From Pyrobaculum sp. (GTDB lineage: Archaea > Thermoproteota > Thermoprotei > Thermoproteales > Thermoproteaceae): a stretch of 44,245 nt of DNA. This document shows, in pieces, positions 17,814 to 27,287 of this stretch. Numbering within the stretch: position 1 is the first letter of the stretch; every line of letters begins with the position of its first letter. The stretch is from the NCBI GenBank assembly GCA_046293555.1, contig JBKBOT010000012.1, positions 1-44,245 of the forward strand. The letters run 5' to 3'. Under the pieces are notes generated by a model. It saw only the letters and a program-made list of their open reading frames with translations, was not told the DNA's origin and did not search any database. A program made the translations under genes and the position numbers.

Positions 17814-17952
17814 GTATAAACCGCGCTAAAAGCCAGAGGCCCACCGCCGGGATTAACAGCTTTTTGAACAGAGAGGCGCCGGCCGCGGGGATGAGGATTG
17901 ATGTTACCAATAGGCCAAAGAGGGCGAGCTTGAGGTTAGAGAATAACCTCAC
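17800..17952 (-). CDS. Small 50-aa two-helix membrane protein (MRLFSNLKLALFGLLVTS...)
   Basis: GTG 17952 about 25 nt below TTAATATATA; fills the gap between the HTH and ThiF genes; hydrophobic. Confidence 0.6.
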   Translation of the reverse strand: MRLFSNLKLALFGLLVTSILIPAAGASLFKKLLIPAVGLWLLARFIHEDF

Positions 17953-17975
17953 GTGGCAGATACCGTGGGTATATA

Positions 17976-18656
17976 TTAAGTTTTCTTGAAGACAAAAAGC
18001 TCTGTCTTCCTCCCGCCGCAGCTCTCCACTATTATGGTCCCCAGAAGCTCGTAGCGGTCTTGCGGCTCGTAGGTAGACTTTATCTTCACTGTCTTTAGGT
18101 CTATCTCCACGTTGCCACAAGTGAGGCATACCCCCACCGCCTTGTCTAGAAGATTTGAGGCACATATGTACTTAGCCCCCGTGGCCACTGGCGCCACCTT
18201 GTCCCAATCAAGCAGGGAGTTAAACGCCAGCGCCACAGCCCGCTCGCCGGGCACCACGCCCGTGAAGGGCTCCAGCCTTTTGGCTAAACCCTCCAGCTTC
18301 TTTATGGAGACAGACGGCGTGTATAACACCACGTCTGCCTTAGCTATTATGGAGATAGCTGTTGGCGTCAAGATGTCATCCGCCATGTCGATAAGGTAGA
18401 ACCCCTCTGGCTCTGGCTCCGGCAGTATCTTCTCTAGCCTCAGCCTGTGTATATGTCTCTTCCCCCTACCTGGCGTCATGTAGCTTTCAACAAATCCCCC
18501 CCTCCTCAGCGACGTGAGGGCAGCCCTTAAGGTCCTGGCGGCAAGCCCCGTGCCCCTTTGGATCTCCTCAAAGGTAAACCAGGTCTTCCCGTGGTATATA
18601 GCCTCAAACGCCATGTAGTACAACACTAGCCTCTGGGCTGGGGTGATGCGAGTCAT
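17976..18656 (-). CDS. Winged-helix DNA-binding protein with a degenerate tetrapyrrole-methylase-like C-terminal domain
   Basis: TFEEIQRGTGLAARTLRAALTSLRRGGFVES (wHTH), then FYLID...DILTPTAISIIAKADVVLY. Confidence 0.7.
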   Translation of the reverse strand: MTRITPAQRLVLYYMAFEAIYHGKTWFTFEEIQRGTGLAARTLRAALTSLRRGGFVESYMTPGRGKRHIHRLRLEKILPEPEPEGFYLIDMADDILTPTAISIIAKADVVLYTPSVSIKKLEGLAKRLEPFTGVVPGERAVALAFNSLLDWDKVAPVATGAKYICASNLLDKAVGVCLTCGNVEIDLKTVKIKSTYEPQDRYELLGTIIVESCGGRKTELFVFKKT

Positions 18657-19684
18657 GGCCCCAGTTTTTCAAGTAGTGGGAGGTATTTAAACAGGTGGTC
18701 GGGAAATACCAGCAGGTAGGTCCCCCCCTCGTCGAGTTGGCGAAACGCCGTATATACGGCGCCGGCGCTTGGCCCAATCAGAAGGCCGTGGCTTCTCGCA
18801 AAGTGCCTTACCCCCTCCAGCGCCTCTCTTAGCGACACCTCTCTCAACTCCGCGTCTATACACCTAACCCACTTCATGCCGCTTTCCACCCTCCGAATTC
18901 CTGGAATCCAGTCTTTAGGCTGTACGGCCACAACTCTCGCGCCGTACTTCACGCCGAAGTAAAAACCCACCGCCGAGAGGTGGCCAGAGGTGCCTATCGA
19001 GGCGACCACGTGGGTTGGCCTCCCCCCCACCTGGGCGAGCTGCCAGTCTATCTCCACCGCAGTCTTGAAGTGGATGAGGAAGTTAAGGTCGTTTTCAAAC
19101 TGGTTGGGGTGGACAGCCCCCTCCCTGATGTCTTTCTCCAGGTGTTCAAGAGCCTCCACAGTGAGCGTCACGTCTAGGACCTGGTGCTCTACGCCCAGCA
19201 CCTCTAGAAGTGGGGCCAAATAGCTGCCGGCAGAGGGGAGATATATCTTCACCTTCTTCCCCATGACGTTCCCAAGGGCCCCCATGGCGATAGCCATATT
19301 TCCGCTAGATACCTCCACAACCCTCTCGCCCTCCAGCTGCCCCAACAGGGCGTAAGCCGTCCTGTCTTTAATACTGGCGCTAAAGGGGTTAAACCACTCT
19401 AACTTCGCATAACTCTCTTTAGGGGGCTGAGAGATTTTTAACAACGGCGTGGGCCAGCCCCCCTTCAGGAGGTCTACAGGGCTTTGGAAGACTCTAGCCA
19501 CGTTAGGCCTCGGGGCTAGCTCCTCTAGAGATACCACCTCCCCTACCCCCACCCCACGGCGTAGAAGCAGAGAGAGACAACGTGCCTCCTCGCCACTGGC
19601 GGCCTCGGCCCGGCCCTCTACGACGAGGCGCCTGTAGTGTGGCAGACATTCACACACCCCCGCATGTCTCCACAAATCCGCCAC
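18653..19684 (-). CDS. PLP-dependent cysteine synthase family protein (CysK/CysM-like)
   Basis: PTPLLK, KLEWFNPFSASIKDR, EVSSGN, NQFEND, IGTSGH, IGPSAGA and FPD. The start may be GTG 19657. Confidence 0.92.
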   Translation of the reverse strand: MADLWRHAGVCECLPHYRRLVVEGRAEAASGEEARCLSLLLRRGVGVGEVVSLEELAPRPNVARVFQSPVDLLKGGWPTPLLKISQPPKESYAKLEWFNPFSASIKDRTAYALLGQLEGERVVEVSSGNMAIAMGALGNVMGKKVKIYLPSAGSYLAPLLEVLGVEHQVLDVTLTVEALEHLEKDIREGAVHPNQFENDLNFLIHFKTAVEIDWQLAQVGGRPTHVVASIGTSGHLSAVGFYFGVKYGARVVAVQPKDWIPGIRRVESGMKWVRCIDAELREVSLREALEGVRHFARSHGLLIGPSAGAVYTAFRQLDEGGTYLLVFPDHLFKYLPLLEKLGP

Positions 19685-19805
19685 TATATATACTTACCTC
19701 CGACCTAGCGTAAACCCCCGTGGGGGGCCTCCGCCTTGAACAATTGGGCCACCACGGCCCACCCCCCACCTCCCGTGCCCCGGCGTAGAGCCACACCAGT
19801 TACGC

Positions 19806-20993
19806 TTAGTTTTCTGCACTCCTGATCTGGAGCTGGCGGGTTAACGCCAGATGTATGGTGGTCATGGCGGCGAATATCCCCAGAGCCGCATGCGCCAGCC
19901 CGATTATCTCGGCGCCGTGGTATATTGTCGACATGGCGCCGGCGAGAAGGCTCCCCACCCCAATGCCGAGACCTAACATCACGCTGTATATCCCCATGAC
20001 GGTACCTCTATAGTGTATAGAGGCCTCGTCGCCAATTAGCGCCAATATGCTGGGGCCAATGGCGGAGGTTAGGAAGAGCAGGGGGGCCGTGGCGGCTATA
20101 GCCTCCACCGGGCTTAAGCCCAGATAGAGCGCGAGGTTAAGCACAATTAGTGCCGACAGGCCGCCCGACAGGCCGATTTTAAACACCTTTAGCCTCCCCC
20201 ATCTGTCTGCCAGCCTGCCGAAAAAGATGGCGCCGACGCCTAACAACAGGAGGGCGCCGATAAAGAGGAGGCCCACCGCCAGGTCCTCGCCCAGCTTCCC
20301 TGTAATAACAGCGCTATCTACCCGCAGGACTCTTGGTGCATACATGGCGAGACCGATTATGGCAGTTAAGGCAAACCATACGGGCAGCAAGGCCACGGCC
20401 GAGGGGGGGAGTACAGATAGGAGAAGCCTCCCCTCTGGGGGGGCCGCCGGCCTGGTCTCCGAGAGGAATTTGGCGAAAATGGGTGTGGCCACGGCGGTGA
20501 GCAGAGCTACGGCTAGATATGACGTGGCGTCTCTAAAGAGGGAGTAGAGGCCAGAGCCCAGGAGGTACCCCACGCCGTAGCTAAAGAAGTTTATAAACTC
20601 GAAGCCCCCCATCCCCACGCCGCGGTTTCTCCTCTCGGTGAGATCTGTGGCCATGGTGAGAGAGGCGGTGAGGATAAAGGCCGTGGTGAAGCCAATAACG
20701 CCGTTTAGCATGGCCTCCAGTAGGGGGGACTCGTGGGTGTAAAACGCCCACGCTAGTAGCAACATGGCGGCAGATCTAACCACGTAGCCCGTCAGAAGTG
20801 TCTTCTTGCGGCCCGCCAGGTCGGACCACCGCCCGGCAATTAGGGCGCCTATAGCCTCGAGGAAGGGATATGCCGCCAGGACTAAGCCGGCCTCCAGGTT
20901 GCCCCCACTGGCTAGCCTCACCACGAGGAAGGCACTTGCGCCAGAGCCTATACGTGCCGTCAGTATCGGCATGTATGACGTAACGAGCCTCAC
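19806..20993 (-). CDS. MFS transporter
   Basis: About 12 TM helices; motif A twice (GRWSDLAGRK, GRLADRWGR). Confidence 0.93.
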   Translation of the reverse strand: MRLVTSYMPILTARIGSGASAFLVVRLASGGNLEAGLVLAAYPFLEAIGALIAGRWSDLAGRKKTLLTGYVVRSAAMLLLAWAFYTHESPLLEAMLNGVIGFTTAFILTASLTMATDLTERRNRGVGMGGFEFINFFSYGVGYLLGSGLYSLFRDATSYLAVALLTAVATPIFAKFLSETRPAAPPEGRLLLSVLPPSAVALLPVWFALTAIIGLAMYAPRVLRVDSAVITGKLGEDLAVGLLFIGALLLLGVGAIFFGRLADRWGRLKVFKIGLSGGLSALIVLNLALYLGLSPVEAIAATAPLLFLTSAIGPSILALIGDEASIHYRGTVMGIYSVMLGLGIGVGSLLAGAMSTIYHGAEIIGLAHAALGIFAAMTTIHLALTRQLQIRSAEN

Positions 20994-21020
20994 GTCTATT
21001 ATCTAGAATTTTAATTTTTT

Positions 21021-22412
21021 CTATGTGTGGCCCAGCGCCCAGAAGAGGTCGTGTCTAGCTCTAAACACCTCCCGCGTCCTCCTGTCCATAATTTCAAACC
21101 CGTCGTCTACCTGCCTGACGACATAGGGGCCGATAGACTCTACAGCAGACCCGGCGGCAGATAGCGCTACATACATCATAATGGCCGTCAGCGGACCTCT
21201 TATCTTTGGGCAGTAGGCTAAAGCCACGTCGCCCCCCAGCTCTCTTATCTTCTCTAAGAACTGCCCCACTGGGCCGTCTATAAGCTCTAAAGCCCTCAAA
21301 GCCCACTTGACCACAATGCCGAACTCAATTCCCAACCTGGCGAAAAACCACCCGTCGCTAGTGTTGGCAGCCAGCTTGGCTCTCTGCGCCTCGAGAAGTT
21401 TTAACTCCTCTGTGGAGAGCCGGGAGTTATCTCCCCCCAGCAACACCATTATGTATTCCTTCAAAGCCTGTCGGCCCAGCCTGGCCCCAAAAGCCCGATC
21501 CACCTGTTCCCCCACCCAATCCACCAGTTTTCTTAACGGCTCTCGCCACGGCGCGGGGCCGCCGCAGCCGCAATCTCTAGTCCATCTACCCAACCCATGG
21601 GGGCAGCTCCAGGAGGTTTTCTCCACTATCTCCACCTCGCCCCTATATCCCGCCTCATATAGCCTCCCCATGTTTGTCAAACGGTCTTTATGGCTTGTAA
21701 CAAACTGGGCGAGCCCCGTCGCGCCGTCTTTAATATGGTGGCCAAAAGTCTCGCCGTCTACTGCCACAATTATGTCGCCATCTGTCTTGTCTAACAATTG
21801 GTAAAACTCTTCAAACCCGCCGAAAGCCAGGGCGTTTGATAGATCCTCATGTCTCACAAAGACGGCGATATTTCTGCCGCTTGGGAGGACCACCTTGTAG
21901 GGCCCCCCGGCCCCTCCCCCCCTCACCTGGCTTTGAGTCAAAATGGTGTAGACAATGCCGTAATCTGCCAACACCTCTAGAGTCTGGTAGTCCACGGCCA
22001 TCTCCGGCAGCCACATGCCTTCAGGCTCCCTCTTGAAATGTCTCTTGAAGTACTCCACGCCCCACCCTACCAACACCTCCCTGTCTTCCCGCGGCACTAG
22101 GGGCAGAATTACGTGGTAGTAGGGGTGCGCCACGGCGTTGCCGTGACCCCATCTCTCAAGCCCGGCCTTGTCGCCATCTAGGAGGGCCTTGTAGACCAGG
22201 GGCCTGTTTTGACGTAGCCAAGTCAACAGGGGGGGCCCCACGTCGAAATTCACCCAGCTGTAGTTACCAAGCTCCGCGTTGGGTTCATAACACTCATGTG
22301 AAATCCGCTCGTTCCAGTGCCTATAGGGCGACGCCGAGGGCTCGGGAAGGATCTGTTCCAGCCAGGGGTCAGCCCTCTCGGGCTGGTAGAGATGGAGGTG
22401 GAGAAGAAACAC
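21021..22412 (-). CDS. Glycoside hydrolase family 57 protein
   Basis: HLHLYQP, WNERISHECYEPN, HVILPL, GMWLPEMAV, DGETFGHH, SWSCPHGLGRW and SDGWFF. Confidence 0.92.
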   Translation of the reverse strand: MFLLHLHLYQPERADPWLEQILPEPSASPYRHWNERISHECYEPNAELGNYSWVNFDVGPPLLTWLRQNRPLVYKALLDGDKAGLERWGHGNAVAHPYYHVILPLVPREDREVLVGWGVEYFKRHFKREPEGMWLPEMAVDYQTLEVLADYGIVYTILTQSQVRGGGAGGPYKVVLPSGRNIAVFVRHEDLSNALAFGGFEEFYQLLDKTDGDIIVAVDGETFGHHIKDGATGLAQFVTSHKDRLTNMGRLYEAGYRGEVEIVEKTSWSCPHGLGRWTRDCGCGGPAPWREPLRKLVDWVGEQVDRAFGARLGRQALKEYIMVLLGGDNSRLSTEELKLLEAQRAKLAANTSDGWFFARLGIEFGIVVKWALRALELIDGPVGQFLEKIRELGGDVALAYCPKIRGPLTAIMMYVALSAAGSAVESIGPYVVRQVDDGFEIMDRRTREVFRARHDLFWALGHT

Positions 22413-22440
22413 GGCACCACAACTTTAATAGTTAAAAAAA

Positions 22441-22641
22441 GTGACGGCCGTGGACCCCCTACTGGCGTTGACGTTGGCCTCTCTCACCTACGCCGCGCTT
22501 CTAGCCGCCACCTATGTAGTCCTTTTGGCAAAATCGCCAAAGGGCTACAGGAGGCCAAAAGCAAAAGAGCTGGCCGTCCTAGCCGCCTTCCCCCTCCTCT
22601 TTTTTGTGTTGGGCTACCTCCTCCTGGTGGCAATTCAGTAA
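22441..22641 (+). CDS. Small membrane protein, 66 aa
   Basis: Two TM helices joined by a basic loop; shares an AT-rich divergent promoter with the GH57 gene. Confidence 0.7.
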   Translation: MTAVDPLLALTLASLTYAALLAATYVVLLAKSPKGYRRPKAKELAVLAAFPLLFFVLGYLLLVAIQ

Positions 22642-22929
22642 TACGGGCAGAACTGCCTCCGGGTCGTCGGGGCCGAGATATTTGATATTTATCAACTGTA
22701 CCCCCCCGGCAGATTGGAAATAAAGAAGCTCGCACACCCCCCTGAGGAGGGGTTTTCTCCTCCACAGTATTTTGTACCGCTCTGTGATCTGTAGGACCTC
22801 CGCGTCGGGAGGGGGGACGGGGAGCTGGTGGAATACATCTAGAGAGATGACGTACTGACCCCCGGCCTCCACTATGCGGGCTCTAGGCTCCCCACTTTCG
22901 TCAAAATAGATGCGGGTAGACACAGACAA
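22579..22929 (-). CDS. Hypothetical protein
   Basis: Globular-looking ORF downstream of the surface protein gene; 63-bp convergent overlap. Confidence 0.65.
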   Translation of the reverse strand: MSVSTRIYFDESGEPRARIVEAGGQYVISLDVFHQLPVPPPDAEVLQITERYKILWRRKPLLRGVCELLYFQSAGGVQLINIKYLGPDDPEAVLPVLLNCHQEEVAQHKKEEGEGG

Positions 22930-22942
22930 AAAGGTGGGGTTT

Positions 22943-24823
22943 TTAGATTTGTTCCACCTCGGCTACGGGCTCTCTCCTCCTGGTTAACGCGAGGTAAAGC
23001 CCAGCCGCCGAGAGGCCTCCAGCTGCAGCTAACGCGTCTAGCGTGGTTATGGGGACTCCGCCCACCATGGCCACGACGGGCGTCTTGATCACCTTCTCCA
23101 CGTCGCCGTTGACCTCAAGGAACTCGCCTTTCTTCACCCTGCCGCCTATATCCACGTTGACCCTATAGGTTCCGGCCAACACCTCTGGGAAGACCGCGGC
23201 GCCGTCGCTTCCCGTCCTGCCGGCAGCGGGGAAGCCCTCTATGGCCACAGAGGCGGCTGAGATGGGCTGGTTTAGGGCCCCCACCACCACCACCTTGACT
23301 GTATATATGCCTAACGTCACCGGCTGTGGCTCCGCCACCAGCGAGTTCACCACCACTCTCGCCGCCTTGACGCCCTTGTAGCTTATATCTAGCGTAAAGG
23401 GCTCCGGCTTGTATACCTTCACCTCCACATATCCCGTAGAGGCGGCGGCTTCGAACTTATCTGTAGATGCCGACAGGTAGCCCACAGGCTTGTTTCTAGT
23501 GTCCACCACGGCTATGCGCATAGGCCTCCAGTCGATCATAAAGACGTATACCCCCGCCTCCCTGGTCTCCCCCATCTGCGCCACGACGTATGCCTGTCTC
23601 CCATCTGGCGAGATGGAAACCATCCTCACGCCGCCGCCCCACACAAGGCCCACGTCTGTGGCGTTAGAGATAATGGCGTTACTAGGCGTCTTGATGGAGG
23701 CCACCCTGGCTATTTCGGGCAGTTGTAACACCACGGCGGTCCACTGCCCCTCTGCCAGCTCTGCCTCCGTGATGTTAACCAACGCCCTGTCTGGCAGCCA
23801 CCTGGCTTGCGCCTCCCTGTAGACAATGGGGATATATATCACGTTTACCGTGGTGGAGAGGTCTGTAGATACGGCAAACTGGCTGCCGTATACCAACGCC
23901 GCCTTGTATTTAATATATGCGTTCCATAGAGGCGGCACGAGGTAAGACACGCCCCTAATTATGACGTTCTGGCTGGCGTCTGTGATGATATCCACAAGCC
24001 CGCCCTGGATGTTTATATCGCCTGAGGGCTCTCTGCCCACTATATTCACGTCGCCGGTGTATGCAAACACGGCGTAGCCCAACAGCTGCCATCCATGGGG
24101 AACGCCCACCTCCGCGCCGGTGACTACAAGCTGGCCTCCTGGCGTCACCAACGCGTTTTGTTTAGCCAGGCTTTTTACCAACATGGCTGGGGGCAGGGGG
24201 TCCCCCGCCGCGATCTGTATCTTGTACCTCCCCACAGACCTTATCTCTACCGCCTTGGGCTCAACCCTATAGACCGCGGCCGGAGTGCCGTCGGGCTTCT
24301 CCACGGCCTTGACCACAAAGGGGGCGTAGGGCTCGATGGTGAGTCTAGCCACGGCGTTGAAGCCCGGCGCCAGCTTCCCCTCGGGGATATTTACCTCCAC
24401 CACCGTGTCGCCCTGGAGGGGCAGGTAGCGAGTCTTGGTGTAGATGTAGGTAACCCTGACCTTTACCTCCACCTGGCTTTTAGCAGTGTTTATAATAGAC
24501 ACCCTGGCGGCGTCTGGCCCCACGTAGGCGGCGGAGATAAAGCCCGTCTCGCCGAAAGTCCGGCTGAGCTGGCCGTCTGCCGCGATCTGTATGGAGGGGT
24601 AGGCCCCCAGGAGCTCTATCTTCATCCCGCTGTAGGCATAGCCCTCCCCCGGCGTGACGTATGGCCTAGATAGGGTGGCAGAGGTCTGGATTTTTAACAC
24701 CATCTCCTCGGTCTTGTATGCAATGTTCTCCAACTTCGCCATGGGGGGCACCACCACTGTGTTTACAGCTAGGAGCAGGGCCGCGAGACCCAGCGCCATT
24801 AGGATAGCCTGCCTCATGTCCAT
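22943..24823 (-). CDS. Cell-surface protein: signal peptide, beta-rich body, carboxypeptidase-regulatory-like domains, C-terminal TM anchor
   Basis: Signal MRQAILMALGLAALLLA; VKVVVVGALNQPISAASVAI...TGSDGAAVFPEVLAGTYRV; final TM helix followed by RRR. Confidence 0.85.
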   Translation of the reverse strand: MDMRQAILMALGLAALLLAVNTVVVPPMAKLENIAYKTEEMVLKIQTSATLSRPYVTPGEGYAYSGMKIELLGAYPSIQIAADGQLSRTFGETGFISAAYVGPDAARVSIINTAKSQVEVKVRVTYIYTKTRYLPLQGDTVVEVNIPEGKLAPGFNAVARLTIEPYAPFVVKAVEKPDGTPAAVYRVEPKAVEIRSVGRYKIQIAAGDPLPPAMLVKSLAKQNALVTPGGQLVVTGAEVGVPHGWQLLGYAVFAYTGDVNIVGREPSGDINIQGGLVDIITDASQNVIIRGVSYLVPPLWNAYIKYKAALVYGSQFAVSTDLSTTVNVIYIPIVYREAQARWLPDRALVNITEAELAEGQWTAVVLQLPEIARVASIKTPSNAIISNATDVGLVWGGGVRMVSISPDGRQAYVVAQMGETREAGVYVFMIDWRPMRIAVVDTRNKPVGYLSASTDKFEAAASTGYVEVKVYKPEPFTLDISYKGVKAARVVVNSLVAEPQPVTLGIYTVKVVVVGALNQPISAASVAIEGFPAAGRTGSDGAAVFPEVLAGTYRVNVDIGGRVKKGEFLEVNGDVEKVIKTPVVAMVGGVPITTLDALAAAGGLSAAGLYLALTRRREPVAEVEQI

Positions 24824-24889
24824 ACTACATGGAGGCTTATATAACGCCAGTGGGTAATTCAGAACTCGGATGGTGGCAATATTGAGGTA

Positions 24890-25822
24890 TTACAGCAGCT
24901 TGGCTAAATACTCCCAATAGGCGTCAACCTCCCTCTCTATTTCTGCGATCTCCTCGTCGGTCAGGTGGGCGAATCTGCCCTGTAGCTTTAAGAACTCCCT
25001 GAGTGGCTTCCGTCTAGATTTGTCCAGATGGCCGCTGCTGGGGGGGTTTAGCCTCAGCCTTCCCCCCTCCCATTCATACAGCGGGAAGTATCCAGTCTCT
25101 ACCGCAAGTCTGGCCACCTCCACGGTCTTGTTTTCCGGATATCTCCACCCCGGGACGCAGGGGGCAAATATGTGCATAAAGGCCGGCCCTCCTGACTCTA
25201 GGGCGGTTTTTATCTTGTTGACCATGTCGAGTATGTGGGAAATACTGGCGGTGGCGGCGTAGGGCACCCTGTGGGCCATGACTATACCCATGATGTCTTT
25301 TTTCCACTGTATCTTCCCCCTCACCGCCCCGCCCACCGGCGTGGTGGTAGTCCAGGCATGTCTCGGCGTGGAGCCACTCCTCTGGATGCCTGTGTTCATA
25401 TACGCCTCGTTGTCGTATAGTATATACAAGACGTCGTGTCTCCGTTCCAGCATCCCGCTCAACGCCTGGAGGCCAATGTCGTAAGTCCCCCCGTCGCCCG
25501 CAATTACCACCACCTTTGTGTCTCCCCCCTCCCACATGGCCTTCCGCCTTAACGTCTTTATGGCGGCCTCGACGCCAGAGGCTACAGCCGCGGCGTTTTC
25601 AAAAGCCACATGTATGTATGGATGCAGCCAGGCTGTCTCCGGGTAGGGCGTGGTGGTTACCTCCACGCAGCCAGTGGCGTTTACCACCACCGCGTTTGGC
25701 CCCATGGCCTTAGTTATCCACCTCATGGCTATCGCCGCGCCGCAGCCTGCACACATCCTGTGGCCTGGGGCGAAGAGCTCCTCCCGCGGCAGCTCCCTCA
25801 AGGTCTTGAAGTAGGTCCTCAT
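24890..25822 (-). CDS. porB: Pyruvate/2-oxoacid:ferredoxin oxidoreductase beta subunit
   Basis: GHRMCAGCG, ATGC, FENAAAVASG, TPP-binding GDGGTYDIG...DNEAYMNTGIQRS and PCVPGW. Confidence 0.96.
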   Translation of the reverse strand: MRTYFKTLRELPREELFAPGHRMCAGCGAAIAMRWITKAMGPNAVVVNATGCVEVTTTPYPETAWLHPYIHVAFENAAAVASGVEAAIKTLRRKAMWEGGDTKVVVIAGDGGTYDIGLQALSGMLERRHDVLYILYDNEAYMNTGIQRSGSTPRHAWTTTTPVGGAVRGKIQWKKDIMGIVMAHRVPYAATASISHILDMVNKIKTALESGGPAFMHIFAPCVPGWRYPENKTVEVARLAVETGYFPLYEWEGGRLRLNPPSSGHLDKSRRKPLREFLKLQGRFAHLTDEEIAEIEREVDAYWEYLAKLL

Positions 25823-26979
25823 GGCCTCACCCCCATGTACACCACCTCCCTCGAGGGCCTTTCTCTTAACATCTGGAACACCCTGTATATATCCTCCACA
25901 TATATAGTCCGCTGGCCGACGCCGTGGATTACGTTTAACGCCGGCTTCTCCACCCCAGATACATACAGGGCGGCCGCCACGTCTTTATATACAGGCCCCT
26001 CCACGGGGCTTCCAAACAAGATGGCTTTGTCCAACACGGCGAAGGCCTTCACTCCCTCTAGCGCCTCCACCACCTCCCTAGTGGGGAAGGGCCTATATAG
26101 CCTAATTCTCACAACGCCGGCGGCCACCCCCCGCCCTCTGGCCATATCTACAGCAGCCATGGCGTTTCCGTAGGCAGACCCGCCGTAGGTCACCACGGCG
26201 TAGTCCGCGTCATCCATCTTGTACAACTCCACCAGGCCGTAGCCACGGCCAAACCGCCTTTGGTACTCCCCATCCACCTCCCCCGCGGCCCTGTAGGCCT
26301 CCCTCATGGCTAACACCTGTTGGTACTTAAACTCGTAGTACCAATCCGGCGACGCCAGTGGGCCCATGGTGACAGGCCTCTTGGGGCTTAGGGAGTGGGG
26401 TCTAGGCCGCCTTGGGGCAAAGGCCCTCGCCTCCCCCTCGTCGTTTAGCTCCACTGGCTCCATGGTGTGGCTCATCAAAAAGCCGTCGTAAGCCACCATC
26501 ACGGGTAGGTAGACCTCTTCCGCCAGCCTATATGCTTGAATCACCGTGTCGTATACCTCCTGCGCGGAGGCCAGTATGTATATCACCCACCCCACATCTC
26601 TGGCGTTCATCACGTCGCTATAGTCGTGGTGGATGCTGATTGGCGCCGAGACGGCTCTAGCTGGCACAGCCATGACTATAGGTAGCCGCATGGCGCTGGC
26701 TATGTGCAACACCTCGTGCGCCAGCTCAAGCCCCTGGCTCGAGGTGGCGGTGAAAGTCCTGGCGCCAGCCGCAGACGCCCCCACCACCGCGGAGAGAGCC
26801 GAGTGTTCAGACTCCACATGTATCAACTCGGCGTCTAGCTCCCCGTTGGCCACAAACTCCGCCAGCTTCTCCACGATGGTGGTCTGGGGGGTTATGGGAT
26901 ATACCGCAATTACGTCCACATCCACAGCCCTCACGGCATGTGCAACGGCGTAGTTACTCGTCAACGCCTCTCTCCTCAT
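25819..26979 (-). CDS. porA: Pyruvate/2-oxoacid:ferredoxin oxidoreductase alpha subunit
   Basis: YPITPQT, ESEHSA, TATSSQGL, DGFLMSH and RLYRPFP. Confidence 0.96.
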   Translation of the reverse strand: MRREALTSNYAVAHAVRAVDVDVIAVYPITPQTTIVEKLAEFVANGELDAELIHVESEHSALSAVVGASAAGARTFTATSSQGLELAHEVLHIASAMRLPIVMAVPARAVSAPISIHHDYSDVMNARDVGWVIYILASAQEVYDTVIQAYRLAEEVYLPVMVAYDGFLMSHTMEPVELNDEGEARAFAPRRPRPHSLSPKRPVTMGPLASPDWYYEFKYQQVLAMREAYRAAGEVDGEYQRRFGRGYGLVELYKMDDADYAVVTYGGSAYGNAMAAVDMARGRGVAAGVVRIRLYRPFPTREVVEALEGVKAFAVLDKAILFGSPVEGPVYKDVAAALYVSGVEKPALNVIHGVGQRTIYVEDIYRVFQMLRERPSREVVYMGVRP

Positions 26980-27287
26980 GGCGTCTCTGGCACCATCTCT
27001 ATGGCCCTAGTGGGGCACTCGTTGGCACATATGCCACAACCCTTACAGTAGTCATAAACGATTTCGTACTTCACGTCGTATTTCCTACTCCCCGCCTGGA
27101 AGTCCCCCCTTATCTCCGCTATGGTGCCCTCCGGGCAGTATAGCCAACATAGCTGACATCTTATACACCTGTCGTCATGAATTACCGGCTTGAGTGTCCT
27201 CCAGCCCGCAGTGAGGTTACGTCGGGTGGAGCCCGGCTCAGTCACCACAGCCCCCATCGGCAGCTCTCTGGCGCCTGGAAGAGTCAT
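26976..27287 (-). CDS. porD: Pyruvate/2-oxoacid:ferredoxin oxidoreductase delta (2x[4Fe-4S]) subunit
   Basis: TAGWRTLKP, CIRCQLCWLYCP and CKGCGICANECP. Confidence 0.96.
   Translation of the reverse strand: MTLPGARELPMGAVVTEPGSTRRNLTAGWRTLKPVIHDDRCIRCQLCWLYCPEGTIAEIRGDFQAGSRKYDVKYEIVYDYCKGCGICANECPTRAIEMVPETP

Noticed and set aside
17800-18165. 121-aa ORF-track call
   Set aside because: The first ~70 codons overlap the HTH gene out of frame; only the last 50 aa (from GTG 17952) look real.
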